Origin: Rebecca billardiae RCC1528
Lineage: Eukaryota; Protista; Haptophyta
Assembly (NCBI GenBank): GCA_965240325.2
Contig: OZ251236.1
Location: forward strand, 248,001-312,000
Direction of reading: 5' to 3'
Length of the DNA: 64,000 nucleotides
How positions within the stretch are numbered: position 1 is the first letter of the stretch; each line of letters opens with the position of its first letter. This document shows positions 20,098 through 31,815 of this stretch, piece by piece. The translations under genes and the position numbers were made by a program. The notes beneath the pieces are model-generated. The model was not told the DNA's origin and ran no database searches. It saw only the letters and a list, made by a program, of their open reading frames with translations.

Positions 20098-23094
20098 ATG
20101 CCGATGGCGCACAACGCGGGGAACGCGGGCCGCGGGCCGGGCGTGGGCGTGGGCGCGGGTGGGCGTGGTGGGCGTGGCCCCAATGTGGCCAAGCGCCCGC
20201 CGTGGAACGACGACTTTGCTGCCAACGCCGTGGCGCGCGCGCAGGCGGAGAACGTGGCTAACCTCGCGCCGCGCGCGCCGCCGTCTTCGGCGGGCGGCCG
20301 CGGCCCAGCGGCGGGCATGCCGGCGGGTGCGCGGCCGGCAGGGGGCGCGGGCCGGCCGCTCCCCGGCCGTGGGGCCCCGCTCGGCCCCGCCGGCGCCGGC
20401 GCCGGCGCCGCCGTGCCCGCCGCGGCGGCGCGCGGCTTTGTGCAAGAGTCTCTCTCGTCGACGATGCCGCGCTGCCAGCAGCACGTGTACGTGGGCGACC
20501 GCGTGCGCGACCGGCACTCGGGGCGGATGGGCGTGGCGATGTACATCGGCCCCGCCGAGTTCGCGCGGGGCAACACCGTCGTCGGCCTGCGCCTGGACAA
20601 CGCGCGCACGACAACCGACTGCGATGGCAAGTTCAAGGGCGAGCGCTACTTCCGCTGCACGCCGGGGCACGGGCTGTACATCCCGTTCGACGACGCGGAG
20701 GTGCTCGGCGGGGAGGACGCCGCGGCGGGCGGCGCCTTCGAGGGCAAGCCCGCCCCGCTCGGCGCGCCGCCCGCGGCCGGCGGCGCGCCGGCGGCCGCGC
20801 GCGGCGGCGGCGGCGGCGGCGGCGGCGCGGGCGCTCACAACCAGAACGCCAACCCGAACGCGAAGGGCGGCGGCGGCGGCCCGGAGCTGCCGCCGCCGGA
20901 GGACATCGCCGACCTCGAGCGCGAGGTGGAGCAGCTCGTCGGCCTCGCCGACGTCAAGGCGATGCTCCAGTCGCTGCGCAACTCGGTCGAGGTCCAGCGG
21001 CGGCGCGCGCACCTCGGCGTCAAGGAGGAGCGCGTGCTCAATATGCTCTTCCTGGGTAATCCGGGTACGGGGAAGACGAAGGTGGCGAAGCTGGTGGCGC
21101 GGATGATGCGCTCGCTCGGCGTGCTGCAGAGCGGCCAGCTCGTCGAGGTCACGCGCAAGGACCTCATCGGCCCGCACCACGGCGAGACCGCGCAGCTCAC
21201 GTGCGACGCGGTGAAGCGCGCGCTTGGCGGCGTTCTATTTATAGACGAGGCCTATGCGCTCAAGCACGAGGGCTCGTCGGACTCGGGCGGGCAGGAGGCG
21301 ATCAACACGCTGGTGAAGGAGATCGAGGACCACCAGGGCGAGCTCGTCGTCATCCTCGCGGGGTACCAGCGCGAGATGACCGCCTTCCTCTCCTCCAACT
21401 CGGGACTGACCTCGCGGTTCCCGCACAACTTCAACTTTGCCGACTACACGGCGGAGGAGATGTCGTGCATCCTGAGGGTGATGGTCTCGGAGCGCGGCTT
21501 CACGCTGGACGAGGGGCTGCGCGACGACGCGAAGCTGCTCGCGCTCGTGCAGCAGCTCGTGAAGGGCACCGAGGCCGCCAAGGGCAACGGCCGCCTCGTG
21601 CGCAACCTCGTCGAGCAGGCGATCAAGCGGCAGACCGACCGCGTCTTCAAGATGGGTACCGTCTCGCGCGAGCGGCTCGTCACGCTGACTGAGCCCGATT
21701 TCTTCGAGGACGCGGCGAGCGAGCAGTCGATGGGCGACGTGCTCGCGCGGCTGGACGAGGTGATCGGGCTCGACGACGCCAAGTCCTTCATGCGCTCGCT
21801 CGCCGCGCAGCTGCAGGTCAACCGCGAGCGCAAGGAGGCGGGTCTGCCGACCGGCGCCGAGCAGTCGCTGCATATGCTGTTCGTGGGTAATCCGGGTACG
21901 GGCAAGACGACGATGGCGCGGATGGTGGCGAGCCTGCTCAAGTCGCTGCGCATGCTGCGGCTGGGCCACGTCGTCGAGGCGGACCGCGGCTCGTTCGTCG
22001 CGGGCTACGCCGGCCAGACCGCCATCAAGACGCGCGCGGTCGTCGAGTCCGCCCTCGGCGGCGTGCTCATTGTCGACGAGGTGCGCCGCTGCCGCTGCCG
22101 CTGCCGCTGCCGCGCGCCGCTGCCGCTGCCGCGCGCCGCTGCCTGCCGCTGCCTGCCGCTGCCTGCCGCTGCCTGCCGCTGCCTGCCGCTGCCGCGCGGC
22201 GTGCCGCACGCGGCGTGCCTCCTGCGTCGTGCGCGCGCATGCTGGCGCCGCGCCCCGCTCCTCGCTTCGCCCGGCTCACGCACCCTCGTCCTCCGCCTCC
22301 CTCCCCTCGCGTGTGCCCGCCCGCGCCCTCGCCCGCCGGCCGCCCGCCCGCCCTCCCGCCGCCCGCCACGCACTCGCGCGCGCACAGGCGTACGCGCTGG
22401 TCGAGGACGCGAAGGACTCGTTCGGCCGCGAGGCGCTCGACACGATCGTGAAGATGCTCGAGGACAACCGCGACGACATCGTGGCGATCCTCGCGGGCTA
22501 CCCACATGAGATGAAGCAGCTGATGTCGGTCAACCCGGGCCTGGCCTCGCGCTTCCCGACGACCGTCAATTTCAGAGACTACTCGGCGAGCGAGCTCATG
22601 GCGATCGCGGACAAGATGCTGCTGGAGGAGCACCTCACGCTGCGCGAGGACGCGCGCTCGCACCTGCTCACGCAGCTCCAACGCGTCTCCAACGTGCGCG
22701 CACCGCCGCGCCGCGCGTGTGACGCGCGAGCGAGCGCGCGCGCGGACGCGCGCGCGGCCTGCGCGCGCGGACGCACCGCCGCTCGGCACAGGGCTCTCAC
22801 GCGCGCGCCCGCCACCCTCGGCGCCCGACGCGCCGCCGCTCGCAGTCGCAGAGCAAGGCCTCGGGCAACGCGCGCGCGGTGCGCAACATGCTCGAGCAGG
22901 CCAAGAGGCGACAGGCGCTCCGGCTCGTCAACATCCCGGGCAAGAAGTCTGCGGAGGAGCTTGTCCTGCTCACGGCTGAGGACGTGAGCGCCGCGGCCGA
23001 GCTCGTGCACGAGACGATGCGGCCACACGGGCACGGCGGCGGCGCGCGAAGAGGCGGCGACGATCGCGACGGCGGCGCGATCGCGCCCGCCTGA
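20098..23094 (+). CDS. CAP-Gly domain protein with two tandem CbbX/SpoVK-type AAA+ ATPase domains
   Basis: CAP-Gly-like VGDRV...YIGPAEFARGNTVVGLRLD...CDGKFKGERYFRC...GLYI. Two Walker A motifs (GNPGTGKT), Walker B FIDEAY and IVDE|AY, plus ILAGY, SRF and GNxRxVRN motifs in both domains. Introns at 22081-22387 and 22694-22845 restore the motifs. Confidence 0.9.
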
Positions 23095-24058
23095 GCGAGC
23101 ACAGCTGGGCGCAGGCAGCTCGAGCTGCGCGGCGCTTGGGCGCACCACCGGGCTGGCGGATTGTTGGGCCCCGGCCACTACGCTGCGCGCGCGGGCAAGC
23201 TGTGCCGCCACGACGTCGTCGCCGTCACTCGCCGAAGCCGAAGGTCGACGACGTCAGTTGTGGCGCGGTGCTCGCGTCACCAGACTCACCTGACGACTCA
23301 CAAGTCGTCCGTGACAACGACGACTGACGAGGCGCGGTGATGATCGGAACCATTCATTCAATCAGTGTCGACAGTCTCAGCAGTCGTCTGAAATTAGATC
23401 CGATCACGGATCAGTGAGTCTGGATCAGCCTCACGGCCACGGGCGATCACGGATCAGCGGCCCCGGCGCCCCGCTGCGGCCCGAATTGGCGAGGTCTGCT
23501 GCCTGACTCGTCTGGGAGTAGCTAGGCCGCCGCTGCTGTAGGATTAGCAGCCGGCGGCGCGCAACCAGTAGTTGACGGTTCGGAACAGTATGACTGTATG
23601 TAGTCATGATGTCGTACTGGTTTATAGCAGCAGTCGTCAGCAATTTATCAGAATTCTGGCCGCGCACTTCGCATCGTCGATGGCTGCTGCTGCCGCTGAG
23701 CTGCCGCGCGGGCCGGCGGTGGACAGGCGGTGCTGCTGCGCCACCTCACAGAGTTCTGTTGACGAGTTCGACGCCGCCAGGCCAAGCCCATGCAGGCGCC
23801 AACGGCAGTGCCGATTCGGCCGAGCCGGCGCGTTACCACTACGAGGCCTAGCAGAGCTAGTGGCTGCAGATGCGGCGCACGGCCTGTCCGTGCGCGCGTG
23901 AGCGTGCAGCTGTCCGCCGCGCAAGGGACCGGGCGAGCGACGCGAGCGAAGCGCAGTAGAGCGGTCCTCAGCGCGGCTTCGCCGGCCACGTCGGCCGTGG
24001 GGCGCTGGCCGTTGTATCGACGAGTGACGACAGACGTTTGATCGCCTTCACGGACACG

Positions 24059-24925
24059 ATGGCCGCTGGGTTGATGTCCGCTGTGGTCCTATTTTTGGTG
24101 GTGACTGGTGGCCCGATCTGGAGCCTTTCTACGCAGCCTCCGCCCTCGCCGCTGAGTCCTAGTGGTCCTGCAAGTCTCTTGCAGCCACCGCAGCCACCAC
24201 CTCCATCGCCACCGCCGCCGTCTCCCGCACCTGTCGCCGCGGACGTTGGGAGCGCAGACGATGACCATCCGACGGGAAGCGGCGGCGGCGACGACGACGA
24301 CGACGACGATGACGATGACGACGACGAGCCCGACAGCCACGAGGATCACGTGCGAGTGGCACCAGCTCCGCGCCTCCAGGCCGAGGAATCCGTCGCGATC
24401 GCGCTCATGGCGCTCATCATGACGGCCGGGCTCTTGTCGTGCGCATGCGCATTGCGGCGCCATCATCACTCCGCGAGCAACCAGAGCGAGAGCCTCACGC
24501 CCATTGTGCTTGTCTCCCCTGATGCGACCCCAGGCGGAGGCTTGGGAGCCAGCAGCGCTCCCAACCTGCCACCGGCGCAAGCGACGCGCACGCAGCTGCC
24601 GCCAGCTCGGCAGTCCCCGCCGCGCGCGGCGGCCCCTCAGCGACGAGGCCTTCGCCGTGTGCCTCACGCACGTGGCACGCCCACTAGCAGCGCTGCAGTC
24701 AGCCGGGCGATCGCCGCGAGCAAGCAGAGCAGAGCGCAACAGTGCGCGCCCGCGGCCACGTGTGGCCCGCAGGCACAGCCACGGCCGTCGGATCCGGCAC
24801 AGCCTGTTGGGCTCATCCCTGCGGCCCCGGGCAACGCAGGGCTGGCGTCTTCAGCGCCGGCTGGCAGCGCGCGCTCGACGGCAGCCCGTCCGGCCGCTAA
24901 TGCAGCGGTCATCACGTGGACGTGA
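24059..24925 (+). CDS. Predicted type I membrane protein (signal peptide, Pro-rich and poly-Asp ectodomain, one TM, low-complexity tail)
   Basis: Hydrophobic N-terminus MAAGLMSAVVLFLVV, then PPPSPPPPSP, an Asp run, and TM VAIALMALIMTAGLLSCACAL followed by RRHHH. Confidence 0.6.
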   Translation: MAAGLMSAVVLFLVVTGGPIWSLSTQPPPSPLSPSGPASLLQPPQPPPPSPPPPSPAPVAADVGSADDDHPTGSGGGDDDDDDDDDDDDEPDSHEDHVRVAPAPRLQAEESVAIALMALIMTAGLLSCACALRRHHHSASNQSESLTPIVLVSPDATPGGGLGASSAPNLPPAQATRTQLPPARQSPPRAAAPQRRGLRRVPHARGTPTSSAAVSRAIAASKQSRAQQCAPAATCGPQAQPRPSDPAQPVGLIPAAPGNAGLASSAPAGSARSTAARPAANAAVITWT

Positions 24926-25252
24926 ACGTTGAGTCATCATTGACGCATTGCGCTAGCTCGTCACTGTAGCTACGCCTACTGTTGACTCCTTGTCTGTCAT
25001 CACCAGACCGCCCTGCCCCGCGCTGTAGCTGAGCCTGATCAGAGCGCTGAATTGAGAGAGACTCCGCCGAGCGGCTCCGAGTCGCAGCGCTGCGCGCGCG
25101 CGCATTTCCGCATCACAAGCGCCCCTCAAGATTGATTCGGACCGCAAGCGGCAAGGGACCGCAACACTGGAACACCGGGTCCGCCGGCACCGGACGTGAG
25201 TCCAGCTGCTGCTTGCACGGGGACACGCCAGCATCAACCAGCCGGCGCGACG

Positions 25253-26071
25253 ATGAGCCTCGCGCGCTCGCGGTTCTCCGCCAACCTGGCGATGCTGTAC
25301 GGCGAGACGCACTTCCTCGACCGCTTCCGCCGCGCGGCCGCGGCCGGCTTCAAGGCTGTCGAGATCTCGACGCCCGAGCTGTTCAAACACGACGCGTCGG
25401 CCGTTCGAGCGGCGCTCGACGAGCACGGCCTGTCGTGTGTCCTCTTCAACATGCCAGCCGGGGCCTGGGCCGACGGCGAGCGTGGAATCGCCGCACTCCC
25501 CGGCCGAGCCGACGAGTTCCGCGACTCGGTGGCCGTGACCGCCGAGTACGCGCGCGCGCTGTCGTGCGACCGCGTGCACTGCCTGTCCGGCATCGCGCCG
25601 CACAGCGCCGAGCACGAGCACACGTACCGCGAGTCGTTGGGCACGGCTCTCGAGGAGCTCAGCCCGGCCGGCGTGGAGGTGCTCATCGAGCCCATCAACC
25701 AGCGCTCCATCCCGGGCTACTACCTCCGCTCCTTCGACCAGGCGGCGAGCACGATCGGTGCGTTCGAGCGACTGGGCGGCGGCGAGATGCGCCCTCGGCT
25801 GCTCTTCGACCTGTTCCACGCGCAGATCATCCACGGGGACGTGACGATGCTGCTGCGCAAGCACCGGGAGCACATCGGCCACGTGCAGCTCGCCGGCGTG
25901 CCCGACCGCGCCGAGCCCGACGAGCACAACGAGCTCAACTTTGCGCACCTGTTCCGCGTGCTCGGCTCCGAGCTCCGTTGGGAGGGGCACGTGGGCTGTG
26001 AGTACATCCCGCGCGGGGAGACGGACGCCGGGCTGGGCTGGCTGCGCACCGTGGGGCTGCGAGACGCGTGA
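25253..26071 (+). CDS. hyi: Hydroxypyruvate isomerase (xylose-isomerase-like TIM barrel)
   Basis: RFSANL...FLDRF..AAAAGFKAVE, LIEPIN...PGYYL, FDLFHAQ, IGHVQLAGVPDRAEPD..NELN and VGCEY.P motifs. Intronless. Confidence 0.92.
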   Translation: MSLARSRFSANLAMLYGETHFLDRFRRAAAAGFKAVEISTPELFKHDASAVRAALDEHGLSCVLFNMPAGAWADGERGIAALPGRADEFRDSVAVTAEYARALSCDRVHCLSGIAPHSAEHEHTYRESLGTALEELSPAGVEVLIEPINQRSIPGYYLRSFDQAASTIGAFERLGGGEMRPRLLFDLFHAQIIHGDVTMLLRKHREHIGHVQLAGVPDRAEPDEHNELNFAHLFRVLGSELRWEGHVGCEYIPRGETDAGLGWLRTVGLRDA

Positions 26072-26134
26072 ACGGGAGCCGTGACCCGCCGAATGAGTGG
26101 CGAGCTGGGTGCCAGCATTCGACGACGAATATCA

Positions 26135-26163
26135 ACTCTCTCTCAGTCTCTCTCTCTCTCGAT

Positions 26164-26205
<42 letters not shown>

Positions 26206-26377
26206 ACTCTCATCTCGCTCTCTCTCATACTACTTGCTCACGATGCTGCTATAATAATTGCATATATATATAGTTTTAAAATTAAGCATATTATAATTCA
26301 TCAGCATCGTCAATCAATAGTATATATATATATATTCAGAGACAGAGAGTAGAGATGAGAGAGAGAGAAAGAGAGAG
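26135..26377. repeat. (CT)n and oppositely oriented (GA)n microsatellites flanking AT-rich DNA between convergent genes
   Basis: CT runs at ~26135-26226, (TA)n runs, and GA runs at ~26338-26377. Confidence 0.85.
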
Positions 26378-26401
26378 TTTATTCGAGTATAGTCTACTTC
26401 A

Positions 26402-28432
26402 TCACTTGCCACCGCCGATGCCGCCGTAGAAGCGGCGGCATCGTTTGCGCGCGCACTCGGCCGCGACGGCGCGCTTGACTGCGCCCGAGCCCTGCGCAAA
26501 CACGACGGCGTGCTCGGTGATGGCGCCCTCAAAGTCGAGCCGTCCCGCGCGCAGCTCGAGCCACCCGTCGAGGTGGGCGAACTGCGCGCGCATCTGCTGC
26601 AGCCGCTCGGTCGGGGTCGCCGCGCGCCGGCCGATTCGGCGCAGCGCCTGCTGCGCGACGCCGCCGATGTCCTTCGTCTGGTCTCTGGTCGCCGCCTCGC
26701 CGCGCGCCTTGGCGGTGAAGACGGACTTGAGGTCCCAGGTGAGCGCGAGCACGACGCGCAGCCCGGGCGCGGGCCCCGCCGCGCTGCTGCCCGAGCTCGA
26801 GCCCGCCGAGCCGCCCGGCGTCCCTCCGCCGCCCTCCGCCGCGCGCCGCGCCGCGTCGACCAACGGCGCGATGAGCGAGAGCACCCACCGCAGCAGCGCC
26901 TCGTCTCTCGTCGTGAAGAGAATTGTGAGCGGGCAGCCGGAGCACGGGTCGTACCACTGCAGCGCGTCGATGAGGTAGTTGCACGCCGAGCCCGAGCCGA
27001 CCAGCACCGCCGGCGCGCACCGCTCCAGCGCGAGCTTCACGGCCTCCGACATCTCGCCGCGCACCGGGCCCCACGCGTGGAGCGCGAGCGGCGCGCCGGC
27101 CGGCGCGTCGGCAATGCGGCGCGTGTGCGGCAGCGCGTCGAGCGTCGAGAGCGGCATGGCGCGCCTGGCGCGGAAGACGCGCATCACCACGCCCACCGTC
27201 CACGCCCTCCGCGCGCCGCCGCCCGCCGCCTTCCCCGCCGCGCCGAGCGCGATGCCGCGGCGGTTCTCGAATGCGGTGAACACGTGCGCGAGCTCGAGCG
27301 CGGACGATTCGCACAGCCGCAGCCGGTAGTCCGGCCCGACCGTGTCCGAGCGGTACGGGTGGGCCCAGTACACGACGCAGTACTGCGCCGAGATCGGCTC
27401 GCGGTGCACGACCGCCGGCGTGTGCCGCCGGAACACCGCGTGCCACGCCTTGTCCGCCAGCCAGAGCGCGAAGACAGGCGCGTTGAGCGCGATCGAGTGC
27501 GGGTGTGTGTGCCGGCGCACAATGTCGAAGAAGTAGAGAACGAAGAGCGCGCGGTGCACGTGCACGCCGACGTGGTAGTGCGTGGCGAGCCAGCGCGTCG
27601 AGAGCGGCGCGAGCACGCCGAGCAGCACCGTCATCTCCACGATGCGCCACACGTCGTCCAGCTGCAGCGACATGGTGCGGCTGTGCGGGTCGGCATCCTT
27701 CATACCGGGGGGCTTGCGCTCGGAGAGCGGCCACTCAAACGCGCCGACGACGACCCGCGCGGCCCAGCCGTGGGTGAGGCACGGCAGCAGGATGCTCCAC
27801 ACGTGCACGAGCGTGAGCACGCACAGCGCGATCCCGTTCCACTTGTGCAGCCGCCGGTTCGCCGTGACGATGTCCGAAGTGTCGACGAGCCGAGCGAGCG
27901 CGCGCGACGACGCGAGCCACTCGAGCGGCGCGCGCATCATCGTGAGCATGAGCAGGTTGAGCGCGACGATGGAGACGCGGCCCGAGACACGCGCGATCAC
28001 GTCGTACGCGACCACGCTCCACGGCCCCGGCTTGTACCCGACCAGCCGGTCCGAGCCCGCCGAGCCCGAGCCGATCATGTGCGTCTGCCGCGGCCACACG
28101 TTCCAGACGAAGCGGTCGGCCACGGCGAGGGCGGTGACCGCGAGGTAGATCGCCCACACCACGGCCTCGTAGGACAGCGTCGGGCGGCTCCGCTCGCGCG
28201 CGCGCGCCGGCACGCTCGAGCGGAACTCGTCGACGCTGATGGCGACTTCGCACGGCGTGATCGGCGGCGCGTCCGAGTCATCGCGCGAGTCGCGCACGTC
28301 GCGCGAGTCGGTCGGGGCGGTGCGGCCGGAGAAGGCGTGGGCGAGGAGGCCGAGCATCGCCCTCGCGCCCTGCGGACGGGGGGGCGCCAGCTTGCCCGCG
28401 ACCTCGACGTCGTTGCGGCTGCCTTGCTCCAT
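26402..28432 (-). CDS. Ferric reductase / NADPH-oxidase-like transmembrane flavocytochrome
   Basis: TM helices carry paired His (HKWNGIALCVLTLVH; HRALFVLYFFDIVRRH). FAD-site-like HVFT (cf. HPFT), WGP and NAD(P)H-site-like VLVGSGSA. ATG at 28432 chosen. Confidence 0.75.
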   Translation of the reverse strand: MEQGSRNDVEVAGKLAPPRPQGARAMLGLLAHAFSGRTAPTDSRDVRDSRDDSDAPPITPCEVAISVDEFRSSVPARARERSRPTLSYEAVVWAIYLAVTALAVADRFVWNVWPRQTHMIGSGSAGSDRLVGYKPGPWSVVAYDVIARVSGRVSIVALNLLMLTMMRAPLEWLASSRALARLVDTSDIVTANRRLHKWNGIALCVLTLVHVWSILLPCLTHGWAARVVVGAFEWPLSERKPPGMKDADPHSRTMSLQLDDVWRIVEMTVLLGVLAPLSTRWLATHYHVGVHVHRALFVLYFFDIVRRHTHPHSIALNAPVFALWLADKAWHAVFRRHTPAVVHREPISAQYCVVYWAHPYRSDTVGPDYRLRLCESSALELAHVFTAFENRRGIALGAAGKAAGGGARRAWTVGVVMRVFRARRAMPLSTLDALPHTRRIADAPAGAPLALHAWGPVRGEMSEAVKLALERCAPAVLVGSGSACNYLIDALQWYDPCSGCPLTILFTTRDEALLRWVLSLIAPLVDAARRAAEGGGGTPGGSAGSSSGSSAAGPAPGLRVVLALTWDLKSVFTAKARGEAATRDQTKDIGGVAQQALRRIGRRAATPTERLQQMRAQFAHLDGWLELRAGRLDFEGAITEHAVVFAQGSGAVKRAVAAECARKRCRRFYGGIGGGK

Positions 28433-28700
28433 GTCTGCCGGTGATGCGTTGTGCGTTGCAGAACGCACAGACGAGCGCAAGGCCGACGCGAACCGGCGCA
28501 CGCCGCAACGCGACCAAGATTGAATAGAAACTCGAGACCTGCCACTGCGCGTGAATCATGGTTGATGAATAAGCACCCACAGCACGCGCCTGACGCCAAC
28601 ATACTGGGGAGCCAGCCTTGACGAAACACTTGACAGACATCAGACACTCGGCCGTGTGACTCCGACTCCGCATGACTTAGCAATCAGCTCCATCACGCGA

Positions 28701-31562
28701 TCAAGCAATGAGCCGTGGCCTGTCTTGAGGGCGGTGCGAGCGCGCCGCTTCCCAGCCGGCACCGCTCTCAGCGCCGCTGTCGGAGCCGGACAGCGCCGAG
28801 CCGTCGGACTCGGCACTGAGGGTCGAGCTCGCGCCGTCCATGGCCGCGACGTGGCTCACGTGACCGACCGATGAGACAGCGCACGCGGGGCTCGGCGCGC
28901 GCGCCGCCGCGCTGCCGTCGCCGGGCGTCGAGCTGGACCGATCGGCGGCGGCGCCACCGAGAGTGCCGCTGCCGCCGTGCGGGGCCGCGGGCGCCGGCGA
29001 CGACGTCCGGCCCGAGGGTGTGCCCCCGAGCGCGCGCCTCGCGCGCGCAGCGCCAGAGGCAGAGCCCAGCTCGCCGCCGCCACCGCCCGGCAGCTTGAAG
29101 CCAAGCAACTCGCGCGGCGACAGCGCGCTCGCTGCGGCGGCGAGCGCGTCCGCGCGCGGCGAGGACACGGCGGCGGCGGCGCGGCCGCCGGCACTGCTGC
29201 TCAGCAACGGCGGCGGCGGCCCGACGCTGTGCGCGCCAGCGTCGCGTGCGTGCGCGCCGGCCACGCGCCCCAGCCGCGAGCGGCGCGCGGGCGCCGGCGC
29301 CGCGCCCGCGCCGCGCGCCGCGTGCGCCGGCGGCTCTGCTCGCCGGCGCCGCGTCGACGGCGGCGGCACCGGCGAGGTGGGCTGCGCCGAGGCGGCTGCT
29401 GCTGCCTGCGCCATCGGCGGCGCGTCCGGCGCCGTCGCCCCGCCGCCGCCCGCCGCCGCCTTGCGCGCGCGACCGCGCGTCGGCGGTGTGGCCTGTACCG
29501 CCCTGAGAACAGGGCGGCGCGCCGGCGCGCCGGCGGCGGGCTCGGCGGCGGGCTCGGCGGCGGGCTCGGCGGCGGGCTCGGCGGCGGGCTCGGCGGCGAG
29601 CTCGGCGGCGGGCTCGGCGGCGGGCTCGGCGGCGGGCTCGGCGGCGGGCTCGGCGGCGGGCTCGGCGGAGCGAGGCACGCCCGCCGCAAGCGGCGCACGC
29701 TCCGCCGCCGCCGAGTGCGCCGCATCCGGGGCGCGGTCTGCGCGGCTCGCGGCGCCGCCGTCCGCGTTGTCGGCGGCGCCCAACCTCTCACACGAGGCCG
29801 GCGTCGGCCGACTGACCGGCGGTGGCGGCTCGGCGGACGGCGCGGCCGCCGGGGCGGCGGCGTCGAGGTCGGCGGCGCCAAGCCTCGCGCACGCCGTGAG
29901 CAGCCGGTCAACTCGCCCTGCGGAGGCGTGGCGCCGCACGGCGCGGCGGCGGCGCAAAGGCGTGAGCGGCGCCGCGCCTCGCCGCATGGCCGGTGCGCGC
30001 GCAGCGCCGGCCGGCGACAGGGTGGGCGGGCGCGCGCGCGTGGGCTACGCGGCGCCGGGCGCGCGCGCGGCGCGCAGTCGCGCACCCGCCGCGCGCCGCA
30101 GCCGCGCGCTCGGGCCCTTGGGGTCGTCGTCGTCGTCGGCGAGATCGCGCGCGCCGCGCGCCGCGGCGAGCGCTCGCGCCGCCAGCCGCAGCTGTGGCAG
30201 CCGCAGCCGATGTTTCTGCGGAAAAAAGAAAAGCGGAAAAAAGAAAAAAGGAAAGTAAATAAGGACGAAGGGAATCGTGATGTCAAATAAGCGAAAGCGC
30301 GGCAGAGGCGCGGGCATGCGTGCGCGTGAGGCGCGGAGGCGCACTGCGCACGCGCGCGCGCCGCGAGCCGCGCGCGCGCCGCGCGCGCACCTCGCGGGAC
30401 AGCGCCTGGCGCGCGGCCGCGCGCGCGCCCGGCGGCGCGAATTGGCCGTCGCGCGCGCGGCGCGCGCGACCTGGCGCTGCCAGCTTAGCCAGCGCGAGCG
30501 TCCGCAGCAGCAGCTCCGCCTCGAGTGCGGCGCACAGCGCGCCGGCGGGGTCGTGCGACGCCAGCTGCTCGGGCAGCGCGCCCCAGCCCGCGCCGCCGCC
30601 GTCGGCCGCCGCCGCCGCCGCGCAGCGCTCGCTTAAAAGCTCGCCCGCGCACGCGGCCGCGCGCGCGTCGGCGCCGCAGAGCGCCGCAAGCGCGTAGGCT
30701 TGCGTCATCGCCGCGTGGCAGAGGGTGCGCGCGTGCAGCTCGGCGGCGGCCTCGGAGGCGACAGCGGCGGGGTCGGAGGCGGCCGGCGGCGGCTGCTCGT
30801 CGCAGAGCGCGGCGCACGCCGCCTCCGCGGCGCGGTCGTACGCGCGCGCGCACGCGTCCCTCTGGCCACCGACGCCTGAGCAGTGCACGCTGCCGCTGCC
30901 GCCGGCGGCGCCGCCGCCGCCGCCGCCGCCGATCATCAGAAGCGGCGTGCACGGCGAGGGCGGCGAGCGCGCGCGCCGGCCGGCGCGGCCGGCGCCGCCG
31001 CCCGTGCTGAGCGCAGCGGCGCGCATCGCGCGCGTGAGCGGCATCCAGAGCTCGTCACAGCAACGCTCGCACAGCGCAGCCGCCGCCGCGCCCGCCGCGG
31101 CCGCGCGCGCGCCGCCGCGCGCCGGCGGCACCACCGCCTCATGCGCCCACGCGCCGCCGCGCGCTGCCGGCGGCAGCGGCGTCGTGCGAGCGCGCGCGAG
31201 CGCGCGCGCCGCCGGCGAGCCGCTGGCGGGTGTGCGGGGTGGCGAGATCGCGCCGGAGATTGCGCCGCGCGGCGAGATTGCGCGGGAGATTGCGCGGCGC
31301 GGCGAGATCGCGCCGGAGATTGCGCCGCGCGGCGAGATTGCGCGGGAGATTGCGCCGCGCGGCGAGAGCGCGGGCGGTGTGCCTTCCGCTGCGCTCGAGT
31401 CAGCTGCCCACGCGGCCGCCGCGGCGGCGGAGCCCGCCGCGAGGCAGTGCGCCGGCATCGACGCGCGCCGCCGAGCGCCGCCGCCGCTGCCGCCCGCCGC
31501 CGGCACGGCAGTCGCCGCGCGCAGCCGCGCTGAGCGCGAGCGCACGCCCTCCCAGCCGCACA

Positions 31563-31634
<72 letters not shown>

Positions 31635-31783
31635 GTGGCCTTGTGGACGGGGAGAGCGGCGTGGGCGGCGCGGGCGGCGCGGGCGGCACGGTCGGCTCGA
31701 GGCTGCGCACCGCGCACCACCCGCCAGCACGGCCGCCGCCGCCGCCACCGCCGCCGCAGCCATCCGCACCGCCGTCGCAGCCG

Positions 31784-31815
<32 letters not shown>

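Noticed and set aside
22081-22387. Cys/Arg-rich C-terminus of ORF 20068-22509
   Set aside because: It is read-through into an intron containing a GCCGCT-type microsatellite. Splicing restores the DEAY Walker B motif.
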